A stretch of DNA of 64,000 bases from a virus. Within the stretch, counting starts at the first letter, position 1, and every line of letters begins with the position of its first letter. Where the stretch lies: positions 10,766 through 74,765 of IMG/VR virus record IMGVR_UViG_3300035150_000164, one strand, 5' to 3'. Made by a program: the position numbers and the translations under genes. Below are positions 39,590-48,813 of this stretch, piece after piece. A model generated the notes under the pieces. It was not told where the DNA came from. It made no database searches and worked only from the letters and a program-made list of their open reading frames with translations.

Positions 39590-39815
39590 TCTTTTTTTTG
39601 ATAATCTTGATACTCTTCTATCGTAGTTGGTACCTCCTCATGATCTACAATTTTAGATACCGGCATTCCTTCAACAGATAAAAAAACTATTTCCCCGTTT
39701 TCTGCTGCTTTAATAGCCGATTCACATTCAACCTCATTTACAACAAAAAATTCGTTTTCATCTCTTGATATTAGTTCTCCTCCTATGTATCAAACAAACA
39801 TTTCTCTATCTATAA

Positions 39816-40475
39816 TCATTTTCTACTCCCTAACTCATCAGCACTCTGAAATCGTATATTCCATACCCAGTCGTTTCGCTCCCATGCAAACGAACCATAA
39901 ATTCGGTTCCAAAATGTAGCAAATTCACTTTTATACGGACCACCAATATTTACATAATCAACTCCTCCAGGTATAGGAATAACACCTTCTTCCATGCATT
40001 CTGATTCAGTAATATCCTGAATCCTACGAACCCCAATGCTCAGGATCTCTGGCTCTGGCATCTTCTCTCTAATCCATCCTGGAATGTATTGTCCACCACG
40101 TAACCTACCCATAAAACCATACTTTTCATGCAAATCAAAATATGACCAAAAAGCATGTTTCAATGTATAATTAGTCTGTAATTCTTCAGATTTTCGGTCA
40201 TCATAAATGCTTTGAGTTGCCCAATTAGTTAGCAGTTGTAAGCAGTCATGTTGATTTCCATAACTACATTCACTGCTATAATTAGACCAATACCCTTGCT
40301 TATGTTGACATTGCCATTGTCCATAATTTTTTGATTTCCTACTTTTATTCATAGATATATAAATAACATCACAGTCAGGCTGAGGGTCCATCGGTAATTG
40401 TACTCTACACTTCCTTCCTCTGGCCCAGGACCGAGCCATTTCTGACGTCATAATTATTGGTGTTATTTTCCTCAT
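39816..40475 (-). CDS. ASCH/PUA-like protein, paralog of 36504..37268
   Basis: PIIM..EM....ARGRKCR, LQLLT.WA, MP.PEI.SI, W..N.WVWNIR.QSA.EL. Confidence 0.7.
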   Translation of the reverse strand: MRKITPIIMTSEMARSWARGRKCRVQLPMDPQPDCDVIYISMNKSRKSKNYGQWQCQHKQGYWSNYSSECSYGNQHDCLQLLTNWATQSIYDDRKSEELQTNYTLKHAFWSYFDLHEKYGFMGRLRGGQYIPGWIREKMPEPEILSIGVRRIQDITESECMEEGVIPIPGGVDYVNIGGPYKSEFATFWNRIYGSFAWERNDWVWNIRFQSADELGSRK

Positions 40476-40681
40476 TCATCTCCTAAAATAATCCCACGAG
40501 GCAATCTACTACATTCAGGACATTTGCTTAATCTCACAGGGAAATTCGACCAACATTCCATACAAATTTTAGGCAAAACACCTCTTCGCATGTCATTATT
40601 GATCTCCTCACAAAGAGGACACCAACTAACACAATCTCCATGTTGATCCGTAATATGCCTATCACTCGATGGTCTACACAT
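40472..40681 (-). CDS. Small zinc-finger protein
   Basis: Three CxxC motifs. Confidence 0.5.
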   Translation of the reverse strand: MCRPSSDRHITDQHGDCVSWCPLCEEINNDMRRGVLPKICMECWSNFPVRLSKCPECSRLPRGIILGDE

Positions 40682-40695
40682 TATCTACCCACCGA

Positions 40696-40944
40696 TTATG
40701 GTTCAAGAATTTCTCCATCATTCTCTATCTCTGAATAACTCCACTCATTAACATCTACATTCAATACATTTCCTTCTGATATATATTGATAAAATTCCCA
40801 CTCAATTATTGCAACTTTATCCTTCTCGTCTTTATAATATTCTTCAATAGCAGATTCAAAAATATCGTCCTCATCATCACTATCAACTTCTGTTGTAACC
40901 TGTACATAACCTGCAATTGGTATTTCTACATTATATCTTGGCAT
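40696..40944 (-). CDS. Acidic hypothetical protein
   Basis: Downstream of the promoter at 41027-41055; resembles 50105..50362 (V.IPI.G). Confidence 0.55.
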   Translation of the reverse strand: MPRYNVEIPIAGYVQVTTEVDSDDEDDIFESAIEEYYKDEKDKVAIIEWEFYQYISEGNVLNVDVNEWSYSEIENDGEILEP

Positions 40945-40993
40945 ATCATTTACTCATTTCTTATAAAAAACTCTATTCATTATATCATTCCTT

Positions 40994-41055
40994 TTAAGCA
41001 TCTTTGCTCAATATCTAGCTTTAAACAGGTTAACTTATGTTTTATGATTTGTCAA
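40994..41055 (-). promoter_or_regulatory. Sigma70-type promoter plus AAGAT-loop hairpin
   Basis: TTGACA-17-TAACCT; TTGAGC-AAAGAT-GCTTAA before AAGGA. Confidence 0.7.
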
Positions 41056-41580
41056 CATGAAAAGGCCAAAATTTAAAACTACTGTTACAAGTGTTGGTTA
41101 CTCTAATTGGCATTTGTTGAAGAGTCTAAGTTTTAAAAGGTGCCGGTGAAGGCACTGGAATCGCTCTACCCGTCTCATAATAGTGTTGAGAAATCCTCAA
41201 TCCATCATGTTAGGCTTGGAAACAGACGCTGATGAGGACGCGCTCTTCCTGTGAGTATCAATCACCATGACCACCGAGTAGATAGTCGTGGAAATGCCCA
41301 CAATCGAAGCAAAAATCAACAGAATATCAGCCATTTGTACATGCCTTTCGTCAGAGTCTTCGCTGGTGCACTTGAACCACACTTACTTTTCAGATTTACT
41401 CATCCTGTCTTCTCCTCTCCTGTCTTCCTGAAAACCCCGGTCTTTAGTAAACCAGCATCAATGAGTTTCCGTTCTATGCATCGGCACCGCCAACTAAGAT
41501 ACCTGTTGATTATGCTGTAGGCAAAGCGTCTCAATTTAGCCAGTCGTTGGGACTTCACCATTTTAACCTGTCTTCTCCTC

Positions 41581-41763
41581 TCATCGCTTTTCGTGTATGA
41601 AATACTCGCAATTATTTACGGGTAACGGAATATCCGGTTTAATATATTTACGACTTTCGCACTTAATAGGCTTGTCGCCATCAAAAAAACCCTTCTCATA
41701 TCGAGCACATTTCCACCTGTGCTCACATTCATGTTGCTGGCAATATGCAAAATCTCTATTCAT
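41581..41763 (-). CDS. Small Cys-rich protein
   Basis: DFAYC...C.....CARY...CEYF. Confidence 0.5.
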   Translation of the reverse strand: MNRDFAYCQQHECEHRWKCARYEKGFFDGDKPIKCESRKYIKPDIPLPVNNCEYFIHEKR

Positions 41764-41995
41764 AACGTACCATCCGTATACGTGCGCGTGCGCGCCTCTG
41801 TTTCTGCCCCTATTCTACCACCTAAAAACGCCAGAGAGCAAGAGGTGGAGCATGTAACCGGAAAGTATGGATTAAAGTGTGGGATTTACCAATTCTTTCA
41901 TCGGCTCCGCCAGAGTTGCTCAGTATCTGAGTTTTAAACATGTTGCACTATATTTACCGGTTTGTCAACACTTTTTGTATTTTTTAATATCAATT

Positions 41996-42511
41996 CTAAA
42001 ACGCAAACATCCCAATAAGCAATCCTGCTGCGAGAGCCACAACACCACCACCAACCCCATAAAATACAGCCCTAATTCTTTGCTTCTTCGCCAATTCTTT
42101 ACCTTTTTTCAAATCACTCTCTCTTAATTTATATACAAAAGCCCTGTCCTCTTCAGAGTCAGCCAACGTAACTTCACAATCGTTTATTGATTCCTCTAGA
42201 ATAACGATGTCTTCATCAAGTAACGAAATCTCTTCTGTTAAATCTAAATGTAAATCACCTAACGTCTGATAGGTACTATATATCTTAAGAATAGCCCTAA
42301 AACCTTCTTCCTCAATCCCATACCAATTGTCTTCACTAATTACAAACTTCTCAAACGGTGGAAGATCTAAATTAAGATCTATTTCTATTCCGCTTTCTCT
42401 GTCTGTTTCGCTCCCGTAACTGTTCAGCGATAGAAAGCAACTCATCAGAATCAGCACTATCAACCCTTCGGATAATATCCTCGTGTTCTTCATTTGTCCT
42501 CTTAATTTCAT
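41996..42511 (-). CDS. Membrane protein with signal peptide, coiled coil and C-terminal TM (spanin-like?)
   Basis: Hydrophobic N- and C-termini. Confidence 0.5.
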   Translation of the reverse strand: MKLRGQMKNTRILSEGLIVLILMSCFLSLNSYGSETDRESGIEIDLNLDLPPFEKFVISEDNWYGIEEEGFRAILKIYSTYQTLGDLHLDLTEEISLLDEDIVILEESINDCEVTLADSEEDRAFVYKLRESDLKKGKELAKKQRIRAVFYGVGGGVVALAAGLLIGMFAF

Positions 42512-42776
42512 CTTTTATTTCCTGTCTCTTTTTTTTCAACTCTACTCTTTTATATTTCCTTGATGATTCTCTTCCTACATATTCTTCAATCTGCTTATCT
42601 GTCTTTCTCTTGTTTCTATCTACAAGTATATTGTCGCTGATTTCTTCATTCCTCCTAAATACATTCAATGCATAAATACCTACAATCAACAACAATATTA
42701 CTCCACCAAACAATATCTTCCAATACCAAGGAAAAGATTTTAGTCTTTCCCATAAACTCTCAATCTTATTCTCCAT
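42372..42776 (-). CDS. N-terminal TM coiled-coil protein (i-spanin-like?)
   Basis: TM followed by a charged coiled coil; overlaps its partner gene. Confidence 0.5.
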   Translation of the reverse strand: MENKIESLWERLKSFPWYWKILFGGVILLLIVGIYALNVFRRNEEISDNILVDRNKRKTDKQIEEYVGRESSRKYKRVELKKKRQEIKDEIKRTNEEHEDIIRRVDSADSDELLSIAEQLRERNRQRKRNRNRS

Positions 42777-43014
42777 TACATCTCTCCAATTTCTTTATAC
42801 GCATCCACAACAACGTTGCCAGCTCTACCACTCCAAATATTTTCCATTCCAAAAGTTGTTCCTTTGATCTACTTCTAGGTAAAAGTTCTGAATACATACT
42901 ATATGCCTCATCCACTAATTCCGAATGAACAGCTGTCTTCTTTCCAGGAACACCAATGTCAAGTTGAACCCTTACTTTTTCTCCACATGGCCAATCTTGT
43001 TTACGCTTCGTCAT
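42766..43014 (-). CDS. Hypothetical protein
   Basis: Co-oriented ORF. Confidence 0.5.
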   Translation of the reverse strand: MTKRKQDWPCGEKVRVQLDIGVPGKKTAVHSELVDEAYSMYSELLPRSRSKEQLLEWKIFGVVELATLLWMRIKKLERCNGE

Positions 43015-43017
43015 GAT

Positions 43018-43215
43018 CTAGTTACTCCTATGTCTATTTTTGTATTTTTTTAAACTAATTACATTATCATTATTATTCTTTGGTGGTAAAGCAAATTGCA
43101 AATATGTTTCATCTTCAAATTTGACAACAAGAACACCATCTTTTGTCCATGATTCTATACAAATAGAAAGCCTATCATCTTTATACAGGTACCCATATTT
43201 CTTTCTTTCTTCCAT
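43018..43215 (-). CDS. Hypothetical protein
   Basis: Co-oriented ORF. Confidence 0.5.
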   Translation of the reverse strand: MEERKKYGYLYKDDRLSICIESWTKDGVLVVKFEDETYLQFALPPKNNNDNVISLKKYKNRHRSN

Positions 43216-43227
43216 AGCACCAAAACC

Positions 43228-43512
43228 TTATTTTGCCCCTATAAATCTAGAATCAACATCTTCTATTATCTCATCTACAGCCGAACCAAATGCCTCTTTC
43301 TCAAACACACCAAACTCTTGCTCTTTGCGAAAATTAGCCGCTTCAACAGGATCTGGGTCTGAAATACTAAAATGCTCGTTTTCGTATGCCTCAATCTTAT
43401 CTATTAATTCTTTCCGCTCCTCCCAGTCATCATCACCTGGTCTAGCATTCCAAATTTCATCCATACGACACAAGGCTGCTTCTAAATCTGTATCATTACT
43501 TATTATCCACAT
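43228..43512 (-). CDS. higA: HigA-like antitoxin N-terminal domain lacking the HTH
   Basis: I.ND.D...AL.R...IWNA.PG......L...IEAYE.EHF.I..PDPVEA..FR.EQ; AGGAG SD. Confidence 0.75.
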   Translation of the reverse strand: MWIISNDTDLEAALCRMDEIWNARPGDDDWEERKELIDKIEAYENEHFSISDPDPVEAANFRKEQEFGVFEKEAFGSAVDEIIEDVDSRFIGAK

Positions 43513-43571
43513 CTTTAATCTCTCCTAAAACGAACTTAAGTTCGCGTCTTGTCAAATGATTGCATCTGTAT

Positions 43572-44285
43572 TCAATCTACTTCTCCTGACAAAATCCGAA
43601 AAGCTGTAGCCATGCAGATTGGAACCTGTCCGTTGCCAATGGCTCTAAACCTGTCCATCCTATTGGCCATCCCATCATCCACTCTTGGTTTTCCGGGGTT
43701 GGTTTTCCAAATACTTGCACAGAATTTTGACAACACTTGTGTTTTTGCATAGACTTTGCCGACCAATTTGCTTTTGTCGTTGGAGTATGCAAATAACCAC
43801 CACCTTCTCCTAATATGGTCAGCACCCAAGTCTGACGCTCCAATGGGAGCCCGTAATGTTTTATATCCACAACATTTAAGATCGATTTGTACTGAGCCAA
43901 TCGATGACTCGCTAACATTCTCGGCCAAAATGTAAGCTGGGCATACTTGTCCAATAATTCTAAGCATTTCAACCCACATGTCTCTCGCCGTATTTCGTCC
44001 ATGTGCTGCATTGCTAAATGCTTGGCATGGAAACCCTCCCGATACCACGTCAACAACTCCTCTCCAAGGTCTTCCGTCAAACGTTTCAATGTCCGACCAA
44101 ATAGGGAAGGGGGGCAGGATTCCATCATCTTGTCTCTGTGCCAAAACAGCCGCACAGTAGGCATCACGCTCCACTGCGCAAACTGTTCGCCATCCGAGCA
44201 ACAGTCCTCCAAGGATTCCACCACCGGCACCCGCAAAGAGTGCAAGTTCTCGAAGTCTCTCATCATTACTTTGCTGATCAACCAT
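43572..44285 (-). CDS. C5 DNA cytosine methyltransferase, alpha polypeptide
   Basis: LFAGAGG (I), GGFPCQ (IV), AENV (VI), H.RRR (VIII), RAIGNGQVP (X); no motif IX. Confidence 0.9.
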   Translation of the reverse strand: MVDQQSNDERLRELALFAGAGGGILGGLLLGWRTVCAVERDAYCAAVLAQRQDDGILPPFPIWSDIETFDGRPWRGVVDVVSGGFPCQAFSNAAHGRNTARDMWVEMLRIIGQVCPAYILAENVSESSIGSVQIDLKCCGYKTLRAPIGASDLGADHIRRRWWLFAYSNDKSKLVGKVYAKTQVLSKFCASIWKTNPGKPRVDDGMANRMDRFRAIGNGQVPICMATAFRILSGEVD

Positions 44286-44290
44286 GTCAT
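43577..44290 (-). CDS. Overlapping out-of-frame ORF, likely methyltransferase beta polypeptide (motif IX)
   Basis: 237 open codons over the same span; ends PTPENQEWMMGWPIGWT. Confidence 0.65.
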   Translation of the reverse strand: MTWLISKVMMRDFENLHSLRVPVVESLEDCCSDGEQFAQWSVMPTVRLFWHRDKMMESCPPSLFGRTLKRLTEDLGEELLTWYREGFHAKHLAMQHMDEIRRETCGLKCLELLDKYAQLTFWPRMLASHRLAQYKSILNVVDIKHYGLPLERQTWVLTILGEGGGYLHTPTTKANWSAKSMQKHKCCQNSVQVFGKPTPENQEWMMGWPIGWTGLEPLATDRFQSAWLQLFGFCQEK

Positions 44291-44388
44291 CTTTCCAATC
44301 CTACTAAGTGCTTACACACGAACTTGAGTTCGTCAGTCATAAACTCCTTCTCAACTTCTGATAAAAAACATACCTTGGTACATTAACG

Positions 44389-44754
44389 TTATTGTGTATC
44401 ATATTTAATTCCTCCGCGATTATTATCAAAAACATACCTTGGTGCACCAAAGTCAGCTATAAGCCATCTCTCCAACTCTTCAGCTGTCATCGTTGTATCC
44501 TCTTCGTTTCTCTGAACTGTTGCACCCTGACCTGTTATATCAATAATAATCGGAACTATTCCTGACCTGTAAGCAGCCGCAATACGATGAGAACCCTCAG
44601 CTGCATACCATACACCTTTACTCTCATTCCAAATTGCTCTGATTTTAGGCACCCCAAGCCTCTTCATCTCTTCTGCTACATACTCTAGATGCTCTTGGTC
44701 TGGAAGATTTGGTGCTACAATAACCATACTCTTACTTCTCATTTTACTTGTCAA
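44389..44754 (-). CDS. ParB/Srx N-terminal-like domain protein
   Basis: P.I........Y..EGSHRIAAA...G; no HTH. Confidence 0.65.
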   Translation of the reverse strand: MTSKMRSKSMVIVAPNLPDQEHLEYVAEEMKRLGVPKIRAIWNESKGVWYAAEGSHRIAAAYRSGIVPIIIDITGQGATVQRNEEDTTMTAEELERWLIADFGAPRYVFDNNRGGIKYDTQ

Positions 44755-44833
44755 TTATTCCTCCTTCAGACTCTTGAGACAAACTTGGTCTATTCTTACT
44801 TGTTTGAAATCTTCACAATGATTCAATATGCTC

Positions 44834-45115
44834 CTATTCTAAAGCATCCCTAACAGCATCAAAAAACGTATCAACATCACTCTCTTCTTGTAATCCACGC
44901 CAATAATAATTCCATGCTTCAGTTATCTTTCTAAGAGCAATCATTTCATTACTTTCTATTGTACCTGGTATTGGCTTACCTTTTATCCACCCCTTGTTTT
45001 CTATTCCTCCTAATTCTGCTTGCTGACACGAAAGCATTACATACACACTTCCATCATCACATACTGCAATAAGATTTCCAGCCCCATCATTTGAAATAAT
45101 AATCGGTTTCCTCAT
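44834..45115 (-). CDS. Hypothetical protein
   Basis: LIAVCDDGSVY...PIPG; AAGGAG SD. Confidence 0.55.
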   Translation of the reverse strand: MRKPIIISNDGAGNLIAVCDDGSVYVMLSCQQAELGGIENKGWIKGKPIPGTIESNEMIALRKITEAWNYYWRGLQEESDVDTFFDAVRDALE

Positions 45116-45117
45116 CT

Positions 45118-45567
45118 TTACTCCTTTTCAAGTATCAAAAGTCCACTCTTTGTTAAACCACATCGCTTCCACCCTGCTTTTTTAAAACAATATCCAGGGT
45201 TAATTGATTTGACTTTTTCCGCATTAACATAGGTATAGTGCCGCAAACCAGGCCAGCAGAAATCAGCAATGGCGTCAGCCTGTCTGATAAGGACTGAACT
45301 TTTGATTTTACTTTCGTTCCTGAAAAAACAGCAGTTGACACCTGCTTGTGGTTTTCCTGTCCGCTCATCTATACAACCATCAATAAACTTTCTCCATGCA
45401 AATATTGCATCACACTCCCACGTTCGTAATACAATATGTTCTCCTGGACCAATAAATTGCTTCGATTTACATCCACAACGCCTAGAATAATGACGATCAA
45501 ATAATTCTCTAACATAATCATCACCATCTTTTGTAACCCACCAATAACTTGAATCTCTTCTATTCAT
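45118..45567 (-). CDS. Mom/GNAT-like putative DNA-modification protein
   Basis: RHYSR, FRNE...SS.LI, TYV...K..S.NPGYCFKKAGW. Confidence 0.55.
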   Translation of the reverse strand: MNRRDSSYWWVTKDGDDYVRELFDRHYSRRCGCKSKQFIGPGEHIVLRTWECDAIFAWRKFIDGCIDERTGKPQAGVNCCFFRNESKIKSSVLIRQADAIADFCWPGLRHYTYVNAEKVKSINPGYCFKKAGWKRCGLTKSGLLILEKE

Positions 45568-45654
45568 TTAGAACAAGGAAAATGCCTTTTTTCATCTGCA
45601 TAAAATCCACCATTTTCAACTATCATTTCAGCCCAGAAAAGTTCAAAATTATTG

Positions 45655-46107
45655 TCAACAACCCTTATCATCACAATCAACCTTTGGTATTTCCGACCCA
45701 ATTTCACACTCATCAGTTAACTCTTTCCCTTTTGTCTTGCGCGGCTCAGTCACTGATGGCATCTTTGGAAATTTACTAGGTGGTGGCAAACCTCTTTCAG
45801 ATAAAAAAACTTTACATGATCCTTCTAGTACACCCTTTCGATAGGCCTTAAATAATTTATTTATTTCCAAAAATGCTTCATCTTTAGCAATCTCAGCATG
45901 AGAATCTGCAAGGCAATACCGATCTATCCACTGTTGCGATTCTTCTATAATCTCAGGAACACTGTCAGATGAAATTTCAAACTGCCTATGAATTACCTCT
46001 AAAATACCCTTTCTATAATAGGCCTCAGCTACTTTCCTAATTGCCTTCATAACAATATTACATTGTTCTAAACTGTCTTGTTCTAGATCTTCTTTCATCC
46101 TACTCAT
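45655..46107 (-). CDS. Hypothetical protein
   Basis: GAGGT SD; palindrome immediately upstream. Confidence 0.55.
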   Translation of the reverse strand: MSRMKEDLEQDSLEQCNIVMKAIRKVAEAYYRKGILEVIHRQFEISSDSVPEIIEESQQWIDRYCLADSHAEIAKDEAFLEINKLFKAYRKGVLEGSCKVFLSERGLPPPSKFPKMPSVTEPRKTKGKELTDECEIGSEIPKVDCDDKGC

Positions 46108-46602
46108 TTACCTCATATTCACGAACTTAAGTTCACCTAATCAACTGAACCACAAGAATCATCACCCTCTCTAAGTCTTTTCAACTCATTACGATCCATA
46201 TCAATAAGATGCTCTAACCTAACTTTATTAATACGCATTTTTTCCAACTCCAATAAAGAGTTCGTTATTCTCTCTTGAAGTTCTATTATTCTTTCTAGTT
46301 TGTTCATATAATATCCTCACCCAACCTCAACTAAAACTATATACAGTATACTCTGTAAACATCTTTCCTCATAGTATTTTTTCATCCTTTACCGTATCAA
46401 TCAAAACATAGATGTCTGAACATTACACGGACAAATTGGCTCATTACTGTAGTACCACCCTTCAATTGGAACCATCGGAGACGGAAAATTACTGGTACGA
46501 TCAAAATGCTTTCCGCCAGGGCATACCATTCTGCGGGCATCATCATACGTGTTAGCGAAAACACTCCATAGAAGACGCACACCAAAAGGCTCTCCTGGCA
46601 AC

Positions 46603-46797
46603 TCAACAACTCCCAAAATGAAAAGATATAAATCCTTCTGAATCTTCGTCTTCAATGAACTCAAGATCTTTAAGGCGACTCTTTTCCTCATCAGTAACAA
46701 CAGATGGATCTACAGCTACAAAGAAAACATCATGCGAACAGTTTGTTGGCCACTCATCCTTGTTGTATTTAGAAAATATTTTCATATCATAACCCAA
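46603..46797 (-). CDS. Hypothetical protein
   Basis: Co-oriented ORF. Confidence 0.5.
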   Translation of the reverse strand: MGYDMKIFSKYNKDEWPTNCSHDVFFVAVDPSVVTDEEKSRLKDLEFIEDEDSEGFISFHFGSC

Positions 46798-46826
46798 CCA
46801 ATTCTAAAAACGAACTCAAGTTCGTA

Positions 46827-47075
46827 TCATTTCCTACGCGCTCGTCTCGCTGCCTTGTTGCGTTTTCTCCTCTTTTTCTTCTCCTTTACTTTGGCTGCAA
46901 ATTCCAACAACTTCTTTCCAGACTTAGTACTAGATTCAGCAACACTTTCATCTTTGTCTTTCAAAACTGCCTTAGCATCCTCTACCAAATAATCTGGTAC
47001 CTCTATACAATGCTCCAACCTATCTTTAGGTATATCACCAATATTGCGATATACCTTACCAGTTTCTGTATCCAT
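46827..47075 (-). CDS. Hypothetical basic protein
   Basis: AAGGAG SD; MDTETG start; Arg/Lys-rich tail. Confidence 0.6.
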   Translation of the reverse strand: MDTETGKVYRNIGDIPKDRLEHCIEVPDYLVEDAKAVLKDKDESVAESSTKSGKKLLEFAAKVKEKKKRRKRNKAARRARRK

Positions 47076-47104
47076 CTCTATTCTCCTTCACATTTATGAA
47101 ATAT

Positions 47105-47503
47105 TCAACATGGCCAAAAATAACATAAATCATCTGATTCTGTCCAACCAAGCTTCCCGTAAAAACCCTTGTCCTTGCGCAAAAGATTGCTCCTATGCGC
47201 TGCATGAAACCGATCTTCCCCAAACCACCAAGGAAACTCAACCGAATCTATCGCTACACCTGAAAGAGACATATTGTTGTTGAAACCACGCCTCTTCCAC
47301 TCAATAATCATGACATCCCCATAAACTTGTAAAGCATCTTCGTAACCTACCCACATCTTTACGGCAGGATGCTTGCGCCAACTGTTGTTTGTCCGTATCG
47401 AATTATAGATCTGCCTCGCCTCTACCCTCTGTTTACCAAGACGCCTCCAATCCAATACTTGTGCTGATTTTAAGAAATCTGAATAAGGTAAAAATGTCTG
47501 CAT
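47105..47503 (-). CDS. Pyrimidine dimer DNA glycosylase (endonuclease V / MSMEG_6728-like)
   Basis: MQTFLPY, LD..RLGKQRVEA, HPAVKMW, PWWFG, H..HRSNLLRKD. Confidence 0.85.
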   Translation of the reverse strand: MQTFLPYSDFLKSAQVLDWRRLGKQRVEARQIYNSIRTNNSWRKHPAVKMWVGYEDALQVYGDVMIIEWKRRGFNNNMSLSGVAIDSVEFPWWFGEDRFHAAHRSNLLRKDKGFYGKLGWTESDDLCYFWPC

Positions 47504-47735
47504 TAAATTCCTTCACCTGTCAAAAAACGAACTCAAGTTCGCCTGCCCTTATTCTCCATCCACTCTTTCAGAATCTTATCAACCCGCTCCCTGGCGATGC
47601 TGTCAAGCTCTTCTTTTATTAATACCATCCAGACGACCTCCGATGGACATCTCGCCCATCATTTATAGGTAACTTTACCACCCTTATGGGCAACCGCTTT
47701 CTTTTTTGCCGCCAAGAGTTCCATCACTGCTTATC

Positions 47736-48146
47736 TCAATCCGGATTTCTAAACGACCCTTTTGATACCTTCGTAATCCATTCATCGAGGGCGTCAACAA
47801 GCTCGATATCATTTCGAACGAACCTTTCATTGACTAGAATATCTCCGTTTTTCTTTAGAGCAATTTCGAGCCTCGCTCCATTCTCACCAACAAGAAACAG
47901 TGCCACACTCGCTGGATCTTCATTTGCCCTCAAATCAATCGTTACATCGTTCTCTGACATTTGACTCCTTGCTCGCGCCTTCTCCGAATTACATTCACCA
48001 AACTCTTCATCGTAAGACCGACATCTACCACAAGAGTCAATATGTTTTGCCCTTTCGAAAAAGTCACAGTTCACCCTTCCATTTCTCTCACCGTATCCAC
48101 CGTATTCGCAAACTAAAAGATTCATAATTTTACATCCGTTTTTCAT
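47736..48146 (-). CDS. Hypothetical protein
   Basis: GGAGGAG SD. Confidence 0.55.
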   Translation of the reverse strand: MKNGCKIMNLLVCEYGGYGERNGRVNCDFFERAKHIDSCGRCRSYDEEFGECNSEKARARSQMSENDVTIDLRANEDPASVALFLVGENGARLEIALKKNGDILVNERFVRNDIELVDALDEWITKVSKGSFRNPD

Positions 48147-48205
48147 TATTCTCCTCCATTTACCTCCGCTCAGACTAAAACTCCTACTCTTAATCTATGA
48201 CACAA

Positions 48206-48577
48206 TCACTTACCGCTCCTGCTAACGCTCTCGCTCCCGCGCCCACTCCCGCTCCTGCTACCGATCCCGCTCCTACGCCCGCTCCTACTACCGCTCCATC
48301 TCCTACTCACACTCCATCTCCAGTTCCCGCTACCGCTCCCGCTCCTGCTAACGCTCCAGCCCCCACTCACGCTCCAGCCCCCACTCACGTTCCTGCTACC
48401 GCTTATGCTCCAGCTCCTGCTCCCGTTCCCACTCCAACTCCAACTCACGATCCTGCTCCCACTTCTGCTCCAGTTCTTGCTCCCGTTCCAACTCCAGATC
48501 CAACTCCCGCTACAACTCCCACTCCAACTCCTGCTCCCGCGACCACTCCTGCACCTACGCCTTGATGAAAATATCAT
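48206..48577 (-). CDS. Arg/Ser/Gly/Trp dipeptide-repeat protein 3
   Basis: ATGA overlap with the previous copy; GGAG SD. Confidence 0.6.
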   Translation of the reverse strand: MIFSSRRRCRSGRGSRSWSGSCSGSWIWSWNGSKNWSRSGSRIVSWSWSGNGSRSWSISGSRNVSGGWSVSGGWSVSRSGSGSGNWRWSVSRRWSGSRSGRRSGIGSRSGSGRGSESVSRSGK

Positions 48578-48813
48578 TTTCCGCTCCCGCTCCTGCTTAT
48601 GCTCACGCTCCCACTCACGCTCCTACGCCCACTCCAACTCCTGCTCCCGCTTATGCTCCAACTCCTGCTCTCGTTCCCACTCCCGCTCCAACTCCCATTC
48701 CAATTCCCGCTTCTGCTCCAACTCCAATTACTGCTACAACTCACGCTCCTGCTTATGCTCCCTCCCACGCTCACGCTCACATTCCAACTCCTGCTCCTTG
48801 ATGAAAATATCAT
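48574..48813 (-). CDS. Arg/Ser dipeptide-repeat protein 2
   Basis: ATGA overlap; GGAG SD. Confidence 0.6.
   Translation of the reverse strand: MIFSSRSRSWNVSVSVGGSISRSVSCSSNWSWSRSGNWNGSWSGSGNESRSWSISGSRSWSGRRSVSGSVSISRSGSGK

Noticed and set aside
18547-44340. Mini-ORFs reading through palindrome copies (ELKFV or MRTQVR peptides) as a peptide family
   Set aside because: Frames differ between copies and ATGs are frequent in AT-rich DNA; similarity is limited to the motif itself.
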